Positions 39,081 through 51,469 of a stretch of DNA of 64,000 nt are shown here, piece by piece. Source of the stretch: Balanoglossus misakiensis. Lineage: Eukaryota > Animalia > Hemichordata. The notes below the pieces were generated by a model. The model worked only from the letters and a program-made list of their open reading frames with translations, did no database searches and was not told the origin of the DNA. The position numbers were made by a program, and so were the translations under genes. How positions within the stretch are numbered: position 1 is the first letter of the stretch; each line of letters starts with the position of its first letter. The DNA is taken from assembly GCA_040954595.2 (NCBI GenBank), contig CM082595.2:8476317-8540316 (forward strand), in the 5' to 3' direction.

Positions 39081-39515
39081 AACACCTATTGCCTGGCCAT
39101 GAGGGCCATAGCGGCCGTTTATTACACCCGAGGGGCTGTGAGTTACCAGAATCATATGCGGCCGAGGGAAATAGCATATGATTCTGGTAACTCACAGTCA
39201 CGAGGGGGTAAAAACGGCTGCTATGGCCCGAATATAGGCCAGGCTATAGGTGTTTTATAATAAACCTCATGCTAACAGCTGGGAAAATCTTGCAATTTTT
39301 TCTTGAGGCTGGCAGACGACATCTTCAGTGGTGGCCATTGTGTCAGACGACGCGACGCTGATTGACGTGACCGAGTCTGCGCACTCACGCGGGTCACGTG
39401 ACCGGTTTATATTTTTTCTGCTATTTCCCTAGCGGTTCATAGTCGATTCTATTTTCCTATCACGTGACGGATTCTGGCGAATCACGGCACAGTATTAGCA
39501 TGAGGTATATTATAA
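39081..39515. mobile_element. Hairpin-type non-autonomous element in an intron (Crypton-like, tentative)
   Basis: ~170-bp imperfect palindrome at 39081-39254 (CTGTGAGTTACCAGAATCATATGC..GCATATGATTCTGGTAACTCACAG), then inverted pair TTTATAATAAACCTCATGCTAA..TTAGCATGAGGTATATTATAAA. Confidence 0.55.
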
Positions 39516-40847
39516 ATGTACATATATGTGGGTGTGTCATGTTTCATATCTTTTCCCGTTCACACACATTTATCTTTCCTTTCTAAAATAAAATTGAAAT
39601 GACTATCTCCTGCACTGTGACATAACTATGTGCTTGGAATGTGGGCTTGCAGATTTATTTGGGGATGGTGGGGGGGGGGGGAGGAAATAAGAATGAGTGG
39701 AACCTTGAAATGAACAATCCCATACATGGTAACTTCACTATAGTAATAGTTACCTTCTTGAGTGCAGCAATTTTCCATACCATTGACTTCCATCCTTTCT
39801 GCTTCAACTGTCTCCTCAGTGTGCTCTGTTTCCAAATCACAGTCTGTCATGTTGATGTCTTCCCCTGTACTATGCTGTGTCTGTCTTGTATCTTCTATTG
39901 GTATACTGCAACGGGTCTCCTCAGCATTGCTACCATGTAATGTTATGTTCCTTTCAGGTACACTTGTCGGCTCGATGTCATTCATGTCCATGGTGATATC
40001 AGGGGCAAGTATATCATCTTCTACTGAGAGGATGTGTTCATGGGAACCAGGATCAATCAACAAGTCATGGTCATCATCATCTACACCAATTGGATGCTCT
40101 GGAATTTCCTCGGATTCTATAAGGTAGTATAAAATATTGACATTTTTTGTAGTGCTTGTATTATATAGTGTTATTTCAAAATTTATTACTGTTATAGACT
40201 AATCATAATTAAAAAATAATTTCAAACGTTCATTTAACTAAGCCGTTCCAGCCAGTATTTATGTCACTCAATTTTGCTAAATCAGGCGAGAAGCAACACA
40301 TTTCGCCCATTAGATATACTTTCATTGAATTCATGTGGTATTGAAAGTTGAACATGGCTGGGTATATATAGGTCAATTAATTTTGACAGGCTGAAGTGAA
40401 AGAAATTCATATTTTTGAAAGTAAAGTTTCCCCCAAAATTATATGCATACAGATGAAGTCACTTATTTGGTTTGACTGTGATGTAATATGCTCTTACGTC
40501 TGCTATCATCTTGAAAGCCTGTGACAGTGAGGCTACCACTTCTTTCACCATTGCTGTCATAGAGCTTTATCTTGTGGATTGGAAAAGCAATTGCTTCACT
40601 TCTTACTCTGTCCACACAATCTTACCAACACCTGTTGATATCACATTGTACCTTTTGCAGAGATTATGACCGGAAATGATGCAGATGAGGTCCTGGTTCC
40701 TATAGAAATAAACAGGTAAGGAGATTGATCAAACATTCTTTATATAACAGTTTACACACAACACCAATGGCTAATGTAAGTACTATAATCTTGGACAATT
40801 TTTACAATATAATTTTCCAAAATAAATAAGGATTTGCATGCTGTTAA

Positions 40848-41192
40848 AGGGACAAAGTCTCTCTCTCTCGCTGCCCTTTTCCCATTAATATTATGTTTCA
40901 TTCAAGACACTGTTTATGTTAATGTACATGTGGATATATACTGAATGAACATTCAACCACACACACCTTCCATCCCGCTTGTAGACACAAGAGTGAAAAA
41001 CCTTGCCAAAATGAACAATCGGTCTCTACCATTTATTCATTTTGGGCGAGTTTTTACTCTCATATACAAGCATGGTGGAACTTGTGTGTGGTTGAACGTT
41101 CATTCACTACATATACACATGTACATTAACATAAATGGTGTTTTGTATCAAACACAAAAAGAAAAAGGGCAGCGAGTGAGAGACCTTTTTAG
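40848..41192. mobile_element. Kolobok-type MITE, right end eroded
   Basis: TTAA|AGGGACAAAGTCTCTCTCTCTCGCTGCCCTTTT..AAAAGGGCAGCGAGTGAGAGAC; homologous to 62410-63238. Confidence 0.7.
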
Positions 41193-44100
41193 AAAGCCAT
41201 AAAACATGTGGGATATCCGAGAATAGTTCTATTATTTGTAAAAATGGAGGTTGCTCGTCACAAAAAATAACAGAACCTGCTTGACAGAAAAGTTCCATGA
41301 AAAAGACAGGGCATGTATAGATGTAATTTTTGATGCTTTGATACTATATTTTAGATTAGTTTTTCCTGTCCCAAAACACCATGCAATCTGTTGTATTATG
41401 TCTGCATATAATCAACAGTAATTGTTATTGAAAAGAAATAAAAGTGTGAGTTAAAATATTTGGGACTAAATTGCACTGCAGATACCTTGAAATCATCCTG
41501 GGTATCAGAGTTAAAAACTCTATTGCTTCCTCATGTCTCTGCCACAATGCACCTTTCTCCTGGCAGCAAGAAATCTGCAATCCTTTCATAGTGGCTTTGC
41601 AGTAGTGTTGGTCGTCGCAGTATTTCGTCCTCAGGGATTACTGTATTCTGACGTTTTGGGAGCTGCTTTCCAATTTTGCTAATTTCAGATTCTATAATTT
41701 GTGATGGATCTCTTTCTTTTGTCATCTCTTCTTCTGCACCTAGACGTATCATGGCATTACCTATGATACCACCTGGACGCTTGGAGGAAGTTGTTTTCGT
41801 CACTCTCCGTATTCGATTGAAAACTCGCTCCTGGTTTTCAGCATTTGTTGACCTCAGAGAAACCAATCTCAGTTGATCAGGTAGATGGACGGTGATGTTA
41901 TGGAAATACCGCCCGAACATCTTTCGTTTGGTAAGTTTCTTTGGCTTCTCAAATACCCTTTTGCACAATATTCCATGCAAAAATACAGTGTTATACAATC
42001 GCAGAATCAGTCGTGGGCATCTGTCATTGTCATGTTTATAAGCAGTTTCGCTTATTTCAGCAAGCGTGTCAATAAGCTGACCATGCTCAGTATTTATGTT
42101 GTTCTCGTGAAGATACTGGGACACCAGAAGGATAGCTTTGCGTGCATCGCATCCCCGAATTTCGTCTTTACCACCATATGTTGCCTGAATAAAGTTCTGT
42201 AACTTTACTGCTTCTTCTTTATCCTTGGTTTGTGCTGGAATTTCTTCTAACACATTGTGGATGTGTCCCTTCAGGTCACGGAGTGGCTCTGATGGCAAAA
42301 TTTCATATGCAGAGCAGTTTATTTCAGCAAGATTATATTCTGGAGTGAGATGGAGCAGTGCTGGTACTCTCTGCATACCATGTAAAATTTCAGAGAGTTT
42401 AGATTGTAAGTCTGGCTTCTTTAATCCTTCAGTTTCTTCACCCCTAGCATCAAGCTCTCTCCTAAGGTCGGCCACTGTTAAGTTGGCAAATGGATGGGGA
42501 GTTTGCCGTGACTTTTCTCTCCATATTGGGCTGCCCTTGATTAACAAGTTACGTTTCTCATCTATTGACAGATATTTCAGATGGTAACATGCAGACAGAT
42601 CATCATGTCTTCTTGACTCTATTCCACAGATGCACTGGTAGTGACCTCCTTTCTGGTGCTAATCCTCAAACTCCTGTGCCGGTCCATCGCCATGAAAAAA
42701 TCGGTGGACATCTGTGTATTCCCTGGAACCTTCGTCGGATGTTATTGGTCCTGTTGCACATTTTAGATCTTCTACCCTGGTTTCAACATATGACAGCTGA
42801 TCAACGTCATTGGAGTTGGATCGTCCCATTATATATAGATGTGGCTTCTCAACAAGCGAGTCAACGTTTACTTTTTTTCCGTGTTTCTCCAAGTACTCCT
42901 CATTTGTCAGATATGTTGCCGCGTCGTATATCCAGCTCACCATGAAGACAATGTGGGAATGGTTGCCTACAGTACTGTGGTCATGCCATATTTTGAAGTG
43001 CCGTGAGTGATGTAGTCTTTTTAATTTACTGCGCATTTCATCGATGGTTTCTCCTTCTTTCAACTCGTGTATTCTTTGTAGCTCATCCCTTATTTCTTTT
43101 TCTTCTAGGTTTTGGTAATGACCGTCGTCATACCCATACACATGGCTTCTCAGAACACCAAGCTTAATTTGTCTGTCAAGCTCTCGTTTTCGGATTGTCT
43201 GTAAGTTTATTTTTCTAGCGTAGATTGTATAAGTTTCTTCTTTTAATTTGCCATCTTTTCCAATGGTCATCTTTTGGAACTCTTTTGGTGCTATTAATTC
43301 ACCGATGTCGATTTCGCCACTTCTTATTTTTGTTTTCAATATTTCTTGCAGGGCTCTTGCTGGTCGGTGTTGAGGAAGTGACACCTCCCCCAAGACCTTT
43401 CAATGTTTTACGGTGTACTCTTCTGACAAAATCTCGACCTTGAACCTTCTTATTGATATTGAACTTGTCAGTGTCGATGCCAGCTGAGGTTGCGTACTCT
43501 TTCAGTATTTGGCCACCATTTGCAGCTGTTAGCCCGTACTTTCTCGCAAGGCTACTCCAGTTGGATTCTAGTTGTAGACGGCGATTTACTCGCTTCTTGG
43601 CAGAATCGGTAGACTCAAAGTCAACAGACCGTCAACATGATTCGTAGCAAGCAAATGACTGACCGGATCCTAGGATTGTTTTTAAATCTCCGTCATTTTT
43701 AGCGTGGGATTTTTCGATGCTTTGCTTGACATTAGTATAAAGTGCTCGTCTGTCTTTCTTTTTCTGTTCTTTGCTGATTTTTGTCTGTAGCTTGAACCCC
43801 GGAACTTTGAGAAGCGCTTCACTGAAAGGTGTTGAGTACACTTTATTGTATGACTCCTCTACTCGCTGATATAGCTGTCCGGCAGTTCTTACGGCAGATT
43901 TAAGAGGGACAGTCAGCTTTGTCTCATGTGGATTTTGTAGTTGTTGCATCTCTCCCATTGCATCTTCAATTACCCCAACAGTCGAGAAGGGAAGACTTTT
44001 GATATGTTTCTGATAGTACTTGTTCAAAAGCAGAACATCAACATTGCTACTTTGGCACTCTTGACAGTCAAGTGCTGTGTGTAGGATTTGCCTTGATAAA

Positions 44101-47100
44101 GGCAGTTTTTGCCAACTAGTTGCAGAAAAATGCTGTAGAAATACTGACATTTTTCCTGGAATTCAACCATTGAACTGAAGCACTTAGTGTTTTCTCAAAT
44201 CGTGGCAGTTTAAATTTAAACTGGTAACTTGCATATTTCTGCTGTTAGACATGATATCCTGATATTTGGCATACCTTTGTCCAATGGATATGTTGTAAAC
44301 AGGCATAAATCTTGATGTATTTTCAGCCTTTTCCTGAGTAGACTTTTCGGAATTAGAAAGCTCTTTTGTTGCTCTTGCAGCTATGGCCAACTGAACAAGT
44401 GCATACCTCCAAATAACAGCTGAAGGGATCATCTGCTGCAATTTGAATATGGCGCCAATTTTACATGAACAAAGGAAAAGTTGAACTTTGACCTTTCAAG
44501 ACGCACTATTTTGATGGGGTAAAATGAAAACCATGTACTCACCAGATTGAAGTTGAAATAAAGGTTTATTTCCCTCATATAATGTTGTCATGGCTTGTTA
44601 AATAAGTGAATGAGTGACAGTAATTACTACTTGTGGCTAAAAATCATCCCAAACTGATTGGGAATTATGTATGTTCACGATTGTCTGAACTGTAGCGACA
44701 CTAAAATGATCTTGAACGCGGGCGGGCGCTAATGGTAGCGTCCATGTCAGTTGCTAGGATACGCGTATACGATCAGCTGATTTTACCCACAATGCATCAC
44801 GCCAACTAAGGCATTACGTAATGGCACCCCTGGACGAGCGTCCCAGGGTAAGGATAATTTACGAGGCGGAAAATACGAAAAATCCACCGCTAAACAGCTT
44901 TATTTTCTGACACCTCTGGTCGTAATCGAAGGTTAACATGTTCGCCCATTTCAAGATTACGATACTGTGTTTGAAAACGAAGTTAATGATTCAGCATAAC
45001 CCTATAAATGTTGGAATTTTGGCTGCCGGTCAATGGGTAGTCGATAATCTACATCGTCAAAATATTATGGCAGCGAAATACACTACAGTATGAGTCCTAT
45101 CAGAGAAAGTTGACGGGTCATAAGGTGAAACTAAAAAATAATAATGGGATTGTGAGCATCTAGCGGTGGATTTTTGGCCTTCTTTTAAGAATATCATTTT
45201 CGACCCCCAAAATGCCACTATTTGTGACATGATAATAGTTTTGGAGGTTTTCTCGGAAATGTCTCATTTTATTTGCTTGTCTTGAACATGAATTACATCA
45301 ACTGATTGGCTGGTGTGGTTACAATTGCTTATTATGCTCGATTAACGTATTCAGTCTGTCGATAGAGGGCGCCCACGCCTTAACGTACACGAGAATGGCG
45401 TTCCACCGGAAGTATCACCATGGTTGCCTACTTACTTCACAATTTCATTTTTATAGATCGATCGCCAAAAATTGAGATTATCCGAATTATTTTATACGTA
45501 ATCATAATTTACGCGTACAAGTGTCGTTTGTTGTTCCGAACGTATGTTCCACACGTATGCCACGTCACGTGACAAGGATGTTAGCCAATCACATGAAGCA
45601 ACATCTGCATGATACTATCGAATCAGAGCGCGAGCTCAAACGGATTAGGAGAGACATCTTGACCGCGTCTCTGAAAAGCCAAAGGTCATTGTTTAAATGA
45701 TAAAAAGGATTTAGCAAAGTTCACATCAAAATAGAGGAAAAATATGCACCTATCTATTATGTTGTTGATTGATTCATTCCAAGGTGTACATTAAGAACTG
45801 TCCCTCATTTGACTTAATAATCCAAATTACACAAACAATAAACGCATAAATTTTATTGTTATTAATGAAAATACTGGTAGAGTTGATAAGCTGAATACTG
45901 GACATTTAAGCATATCTCAATTTGCAAATATAGAACTGGAAGTGAACATAGTATCAATACCCAAACAACATGAAAATCACGCACCCTTTTTTAAAACTCT
46001 AGACCAAGGTAAAATAATTGCCTGAACATTTTTCATCAGATCCCTTCTATATTTCCAAACACTTCTTGAACACAAATCCAAAATCCAATGGTCACATAAT
46101 CTAATCCAAACACACCCTTCAAATAAATCTATGTCATATAATCCAATCAAAGCACATATTTCAAATACATTTACATCCAACAATTGTGGAATTGGAAAAT
46201 GTGGAATTGAAAGTCTCTAGAGCTGCCACTTTTTAGCATTAATTTCCAACTTAAATTAGTCCATCTAAATAAGCTTACTTAGGTATACATGAACACCTTA
46301 TCGATGCCCGATTATGACTGCATGTTGCAATTTGAACACTTTTGTATTAAAACGGTGCCGCACCTATTTCATCAGCCTCCATACAAACAGTACGCAGCTA
46401 TCGTGGTTTGCGTCGCCAAAAGATGACAAACTGATGCAAATGCGAGTAATATGGCTTAAGTTGAGGATTTAGAGGATAGGGAATATATTTGAAGTATTTT
46501 ATTGTTGAAAAATGTGAAATTTGGCAGCTATACAGGCTTTAATAGACAGGCATTGAAATGACTTTACAAACAAATTTTTCTTGAATGTTTAAGACAGACA
46601 GAATCAACCCACAGTCAGCCTCAAATATATAAACTATTACAAAATGTTAATTAAATGGAAAATTTTGAAAAAAATTGCTTGGCCACTCATTTGATTGCAT
46701 TTTTTCCATTTCATATTTTAGGCATGGTATATCAATATAATTTGTTGTGTTGTGTATATATTATGCTTGAAAACCAATTGACGGAAATATTAATTTAGAA
46801 TAATGGTTATATTTTGAGAAATCACAAAGATTTCTACATCACTCCCACATCATTGGTTGCTTAGCAACAGACATTCACCCTCCAAGCAAATTAATATCCT
46901 TTGAGAAGTATCATGTGGAGAGGATCATGCAGTCACATAATCTTTGATTTGTACCATCCACCATTTCATTGTAGGCTTTATCATAAAGGTGTTGTTTGGA
47001 TTTCTGGCAGTTTGTAAGGTGATATGAGAAATGCATTCCTTTCTGGCAAAAGACAACAACGTGTACTGCAAATTAATAGCTGGAATCATGATGATGATGA

Positions 47101-47702
47101 TGATGATAATAAATATTATTTTGTTAAAAACAATATTTTGAAAATAACTGTAAAAGAGATCGCCCACCGTCTCTCTCATATACAGGAGTGACGTCGTAAA
47201 GACACACAGCTCTGCCCAGCATAGCTCTGGACTTATACGCTGTTTGGGTCAACGCTGCTCTCCCTCCCCACAGCTATGGAGCCATCCATAGGAAAATCCG
47301 TTGGGTGCGGAGCAAAATGATACGCACCGATTTTCAAACAATAAACTACATGAACATGTACATAATGTTGTCAGAAATAAAGATCGAACGAAAATTTCAC
47401 AAATGGGAACCTACTTGACGTGTTTGTCGCCGAATCGTAAACGTCGTTAATGCAGCGCCGTAAAACTGGTGACCCTCCCATACAAACATGGACGTTCGCC
47501 TTCATTTAAGTCATGTGATCAACACGTGACACGTGTTTTACTATGCCAAGCAGAGCTACATGGTGCCTGCAATCTGCATGTGGCTAAAACGGCACATATT
47601 CTAAGTTGTGCGTTTAATGTATCAGTAGAACAATACCTTCATTTTGCAGCTGTGTTGTTTTCATGTTCGCGGAAAACTTCTTTGCCACCATCGGTTTAAA
47701 AC

Positions 47703-47949
47703 TATGAAAGCCAGTTGGGGACATGTACATACGCAATAAATAAAAAATTATCTCGAGATCTCGAGATAATTCCATTCGTTTTCCTGACTTTTTATTTTTT
47801 TATCTCGAGATCTCGAGATAATTCAAGTTCGTTTTCCTGACTTTTTATTTTTATATCTCGAGATCTCGAGATAATTCCATTCGTTTTCCCGACTTTTTAT
47901 TTTTTTATCTCGAGATCTCGAGATAATTCAAGTTCGCTTTCCTGACTTT
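47703..47949 (+). repeat. Left TIR with four 20-bp palindromes
   Basis: TATCTCGAGATCTCGAGATA at 47749, 47801, 47854, 47906 (52-53-bp period). Confidence 0.95.
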
Positions 47950-48382
47950 CGCTTTCCTGCGGTGTGTTGGTAGGGAGACTGTCCAGAGAGGACCATGCAT
48001 CGATATCGGTCCAGAGAGGGGCATGCATCGATATCGGTACGGAGAATTGGCAAGCAAGCACTCAGTGTATTCAATGGTAGGAGTGATCGTCGGTTTCAGA
48101 GCTGCATGCTGCATCGTATCATCAGACTGAGTGCATGAGTCTTGGTAATTAGTTGACATTTCAACTTCGTAATATTTATAATTACTAGTTATACGTACTG
48201 GGACAAATTACCGAAGTCTTGGCCTGAGATTACTTTCCAAGTTTGCAAGAAAACTGACTCAGTGGTAAAGTTACTAAACAATTGGTTTCAATATTATACT
48301 TTATTCATTATCATTATACGATAATTCCTTTTATCTAATGCGACAATTAACATTCCTCCTCTATCGAACAGATAACGTCACC

Positions 48383-50350
48383 ATGGAAAGAGATGATATA
48401 ATCCGTATCTATTTCAACATGGGCTTCAACTACAGTGAAATCCTGGCTACTTTAGCTGTCAATCATAACGTTGTCATTAGTATGCGTCATCTTAAAAGAT
48501 TACTGAAGAAACTCGGACTTTTCAGACGGAAGTACCATTCAGACATCAATGAGGTAATAACATTTCTGAGAGAAGAGGTTGACAAATCTGGAAGACTCCA
48601 CGGCTATCGGTGGATGCATTTAAAGTGTGTCCAGAGAGGATTGGTTATCGACAGGGAGAGTGTGCGGTTGTTACTCCAGATCATTGACCCCATAGGTGTG
48701 GAATTAAGAAAGAGACGTCGTCTACGCCGTCGCCAGTATGGGGCTCCTGGGCCGAACTATATGTGGCACCTAGATTCGTATGACAAACTTTCCCCTTACG
48801 GAATAGCAATCAATGGGTGTATAGACGGGTTTTCCAGGCGTGTAATTTGGGCTAAAGCTTATCACACCAACAGTGATCCGAAGATTATAGCAGGGTACTT
48901 CATCAAAGAAGTTGAAAGTCTGAAATCTTGCCCCCAAAACATGCGAGCGGATAGAGGCACAGAAAATGGACATGTTGAACAGTTCCAGAAGTTTCTAACA
49001 AATGATGACAACTGCTTTTATTATGGCAGCAGTCAACTCAACCAACGCATAGAACGATGGTGGGGTACATTTCGCCAACACTGTGGACAGTTTTTGTTGG
49101 ATCTTTTCTACAAACTAAAGGATGATGGAGTCTTCAGTGGTGATTATCTTGATAAAGATCTGGTCAGATTTTGCTTCCTGAAAATGATACAGGTAAGAAG
49201 AAGAATTTGGGACTTAAAAAATAATTGTCTTTCCTCAATCTGTTACACTATCACTTATACTGTATATACTTTAAATACTTATACAGAAAATATTGCTAGG
49301 ATTGATATTATATAGTGAAAACGTACAATACAATAAAATATAAGAAGTCCCATGTATAAACTGACTAACAATAACCCTACGCTCTTCCAAATGGGAGGAG
49401 TATAAAAAAGAACGTTTTTATGTATTGAAAAGAAAGGACTGCTCACATATTTTGGTTTAAACCTTCAAATACAAAGTAAAAAAGGCTTAAAATGTGCTGT
49501 ACATGTGTTGATATGTATCATGATGAACAAAAATCACAACCTGCAATGCATTGTGTGTGTGATTTAAGACTGTCCTTGTCTACTTATTCCAATTGTCCAT
49601 TTTATGCACCTCTATCCTGCATGCATATGTTGGACAACATTTTAGACTTTCCACTCCTTCGATAAATACCTTACTATTAATCTCGGATCGAATACTGTTG
49701 GTGTGATAAGCCTCATCATAAATTACACGCCAGCTGGTAAACCCGTCTATACACCAATTGATAATCTAATATATGTAAATTGTTATAATTATAATATTTG
49801 TAATTTTATTCCATTTGTTTGGTTATATTTCACTTCAATAAATTAATTTTAGGTGTACCTTCCCGTCTGAAGAGTTCATGTAGATGAGGTGTCACCATGT
49901 ATGTATCTTTTAGATATCCTATAGTACCTAGGGACTATGTTTAACTGATGCATGTATTAAACTGCTAACATTGAACTTCCTCATACATTTTGTGCCTGTC
50001 ATTTTATAATTCAGGATGAACTGGATGATGCTGTAATGGAATGGAATTGTCACAGGATCAGTCGTTCACGTAACGCAGTCTCTCCCATCGGGCGACCTCA
50101 CATGATGTTCTTTGTCCCGGAGATGTATGGAAGTCATGATTTCGGATCAACTGTTTCTCAGGAACAGATTAACACATGCCGAGAGGAATGTGTGTTCAAA
50201 GGAGCGTGCCCCTGTGATGAAGATTTATTCGAGTACTGTGTCTCATACATGGTCGACAACAATATGCATTTACCTTCTGACCCATATTCTGCTGTGGAAT
50301 TGTACGTGAATCTCCGAAATTCTATAAAATATGAATCCTTATCTGACTAG
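48383..50350 (+). CDS. Integrase-core (IS3/rve-like) DDE transposase, two coding exons (48383-49192, 50015-50350), 381 aa, intact
   Basis: accATGG start; N-terminal HTH-like region; GYRWM; WHLD..IDGFSR..RADRGTEN..NQRIERWW; CAG|GTAAG donor and TTCAG|GAT acceptor join in phase 0 to DELDDAVMEWNCHRI. Confidence 0.9.
49594..49762 (-). repeat. Intronic inverted (antisense) copy of transposase exon segment 48809-48972
   Basis: Exact reverse-complement blocks of 17 nt (48816-32 vs 49739-55) and 18 nt (48857-74 vs 49694-711), plus collinear 12, 10, 9 and 8-nt blocks. Confidence 0.9.
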
Positions 50351-50870
50351 CAAGACCTTACTGTAAAAGGAAATTATTATACATCACCCAAACAACAACA
50401 ACAATGTCACTTCCATGCAAGGAACTGGATGAATTAAAGCAAGATATTTGTCAACACAACAAAGTTTTATTAACTTTCAGAACATAATGACAATATTGTT
50501 CATCTTCAACACTGAAGTAATATGAAACTATGGCACAGACTTTGTGTTAATGTTAGATCTAATTCTGTAAAGTATAATACTGTCACCGCAAATAAAAGCT
50601 GAAATACAACAACTTTGTGGCTCAACTGTTTGCACCTTAAAACCACATGATGCCCAGGCTTGGTTGTAGATGTAAATATGTAAACAAACAAACAAACATG
50701 TTAATAAAGAAACTAAGTATACAGACAATAAGTGACAAGTAAAGCACTGATCTTCTTTGGTAGAGTGGAACAGAGACTACTCCTAGTTGTTTGTTTACAT
50801 TATATGTACACCAATAACCAAGCCTGGTCATCCTGTGCTTTCACCATTATGTCACACACTGTGTCACATA

Positions 50871-51081
50871 GTAACTGAATAAGTAACTGAATAACTCCCC
50901 ACAACAGGCTGAATAAGTAACTGAATAACTCCCCACAACAGGCTGAATAAGTAACTGAATAACTCCCCACAACAGGCTGAATAAGTAACTGAATAACTCC
51001 CCACAACAGGCTGAATAAGTAACTGAATAACTCCCCACAACAGGCTGAATAAGTAACTGAATAACTCCCCACAACAGGCTG
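50871..51081. repeat. 34-bp minisatellite, about 6 copies, between the convergent genes
   Basis: GTAACTGAATAACTCCCCACAACAGGCTGAATAA in tandem. Confidence 0.92.
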
Positions 51082-51469
51082 CAATAACACATCAAGTATT
51101 TAGCTTCTCCATATATTAGATAATATGTGTAAACATTTAACGTAATCAATGATAAAACAATTTGTAGGAAATATGACAGTAAATGGCAACTGTATGAACA
51201 TTTAAAGAAAACACTGAAAATAGTGCAAAGTTACAGGCGCATCCCTTAATGAATCCACATAAATTCACCTCTTCCATGCAGCAAAGAGGTGACTTCTGAC
51301 ACGTCAGGTTCATCATTGACATAATCATTACTTTGCATACCAAGTGACTTCACACAAGTATTCCCTGTATTCTTTCTATCAATGTAAGCCAAACACAACA
51401 ATATTGTCCCTTTAATTCATGTAATAACTCACCATTGCTGTTCTACCAATGGAAACAATATCAATGGTC

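Larger units (their letters stand above)
38568..44432 (-). pseudogene. Spliced RAG1/Transib-fold DDE transposase pseudogene with a SAP-like insertion
   Basis: Collinear fragments broken by stops and a frameshift: IWHDHS (D1), RFFHGDG (D2), GGHYQCICG (ZnC2-like), NLTVADLRRELDARG..KPDLQSKL (SAP-like), EPLRDLKGH, YFHNITVHLP (ZnH2-like), NAENQER (E). Further putative exons at ~40497-40701, ~39758-40120 and ~38568-38982. Confidence 0.7.

Noticed and set aside
44460-47690. TIRs for the 38.5-44.4 kb RAG1-like gene, or discrete elements in this interval
   Set aside because: No convincing inverted match to the 35.8-38.3 kb side and no TSD found by eye; left unannotated.
47749-47925. CRISPR-like array of palindromic repeats with ~32-bp spacers (also 55381-55611)
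   Set aside because: Spacers are near-identical, the arrays are mirror images forming TIRs bounded by a TSD, there are no cas genes, and the context is eukaryotic.
48338-49315. 325-aa ORF taken as the whole transposase
   Set aside because: Its first 15 codons overlap a probable intron acceptor region and the part after 49192 reads into the intron; the spliced model restores the conserved WNxHxI segment.
50800-51149. Repetitive hydrophobic ORFs
   Set aside because: Translation of the 34-bp minisatellite.
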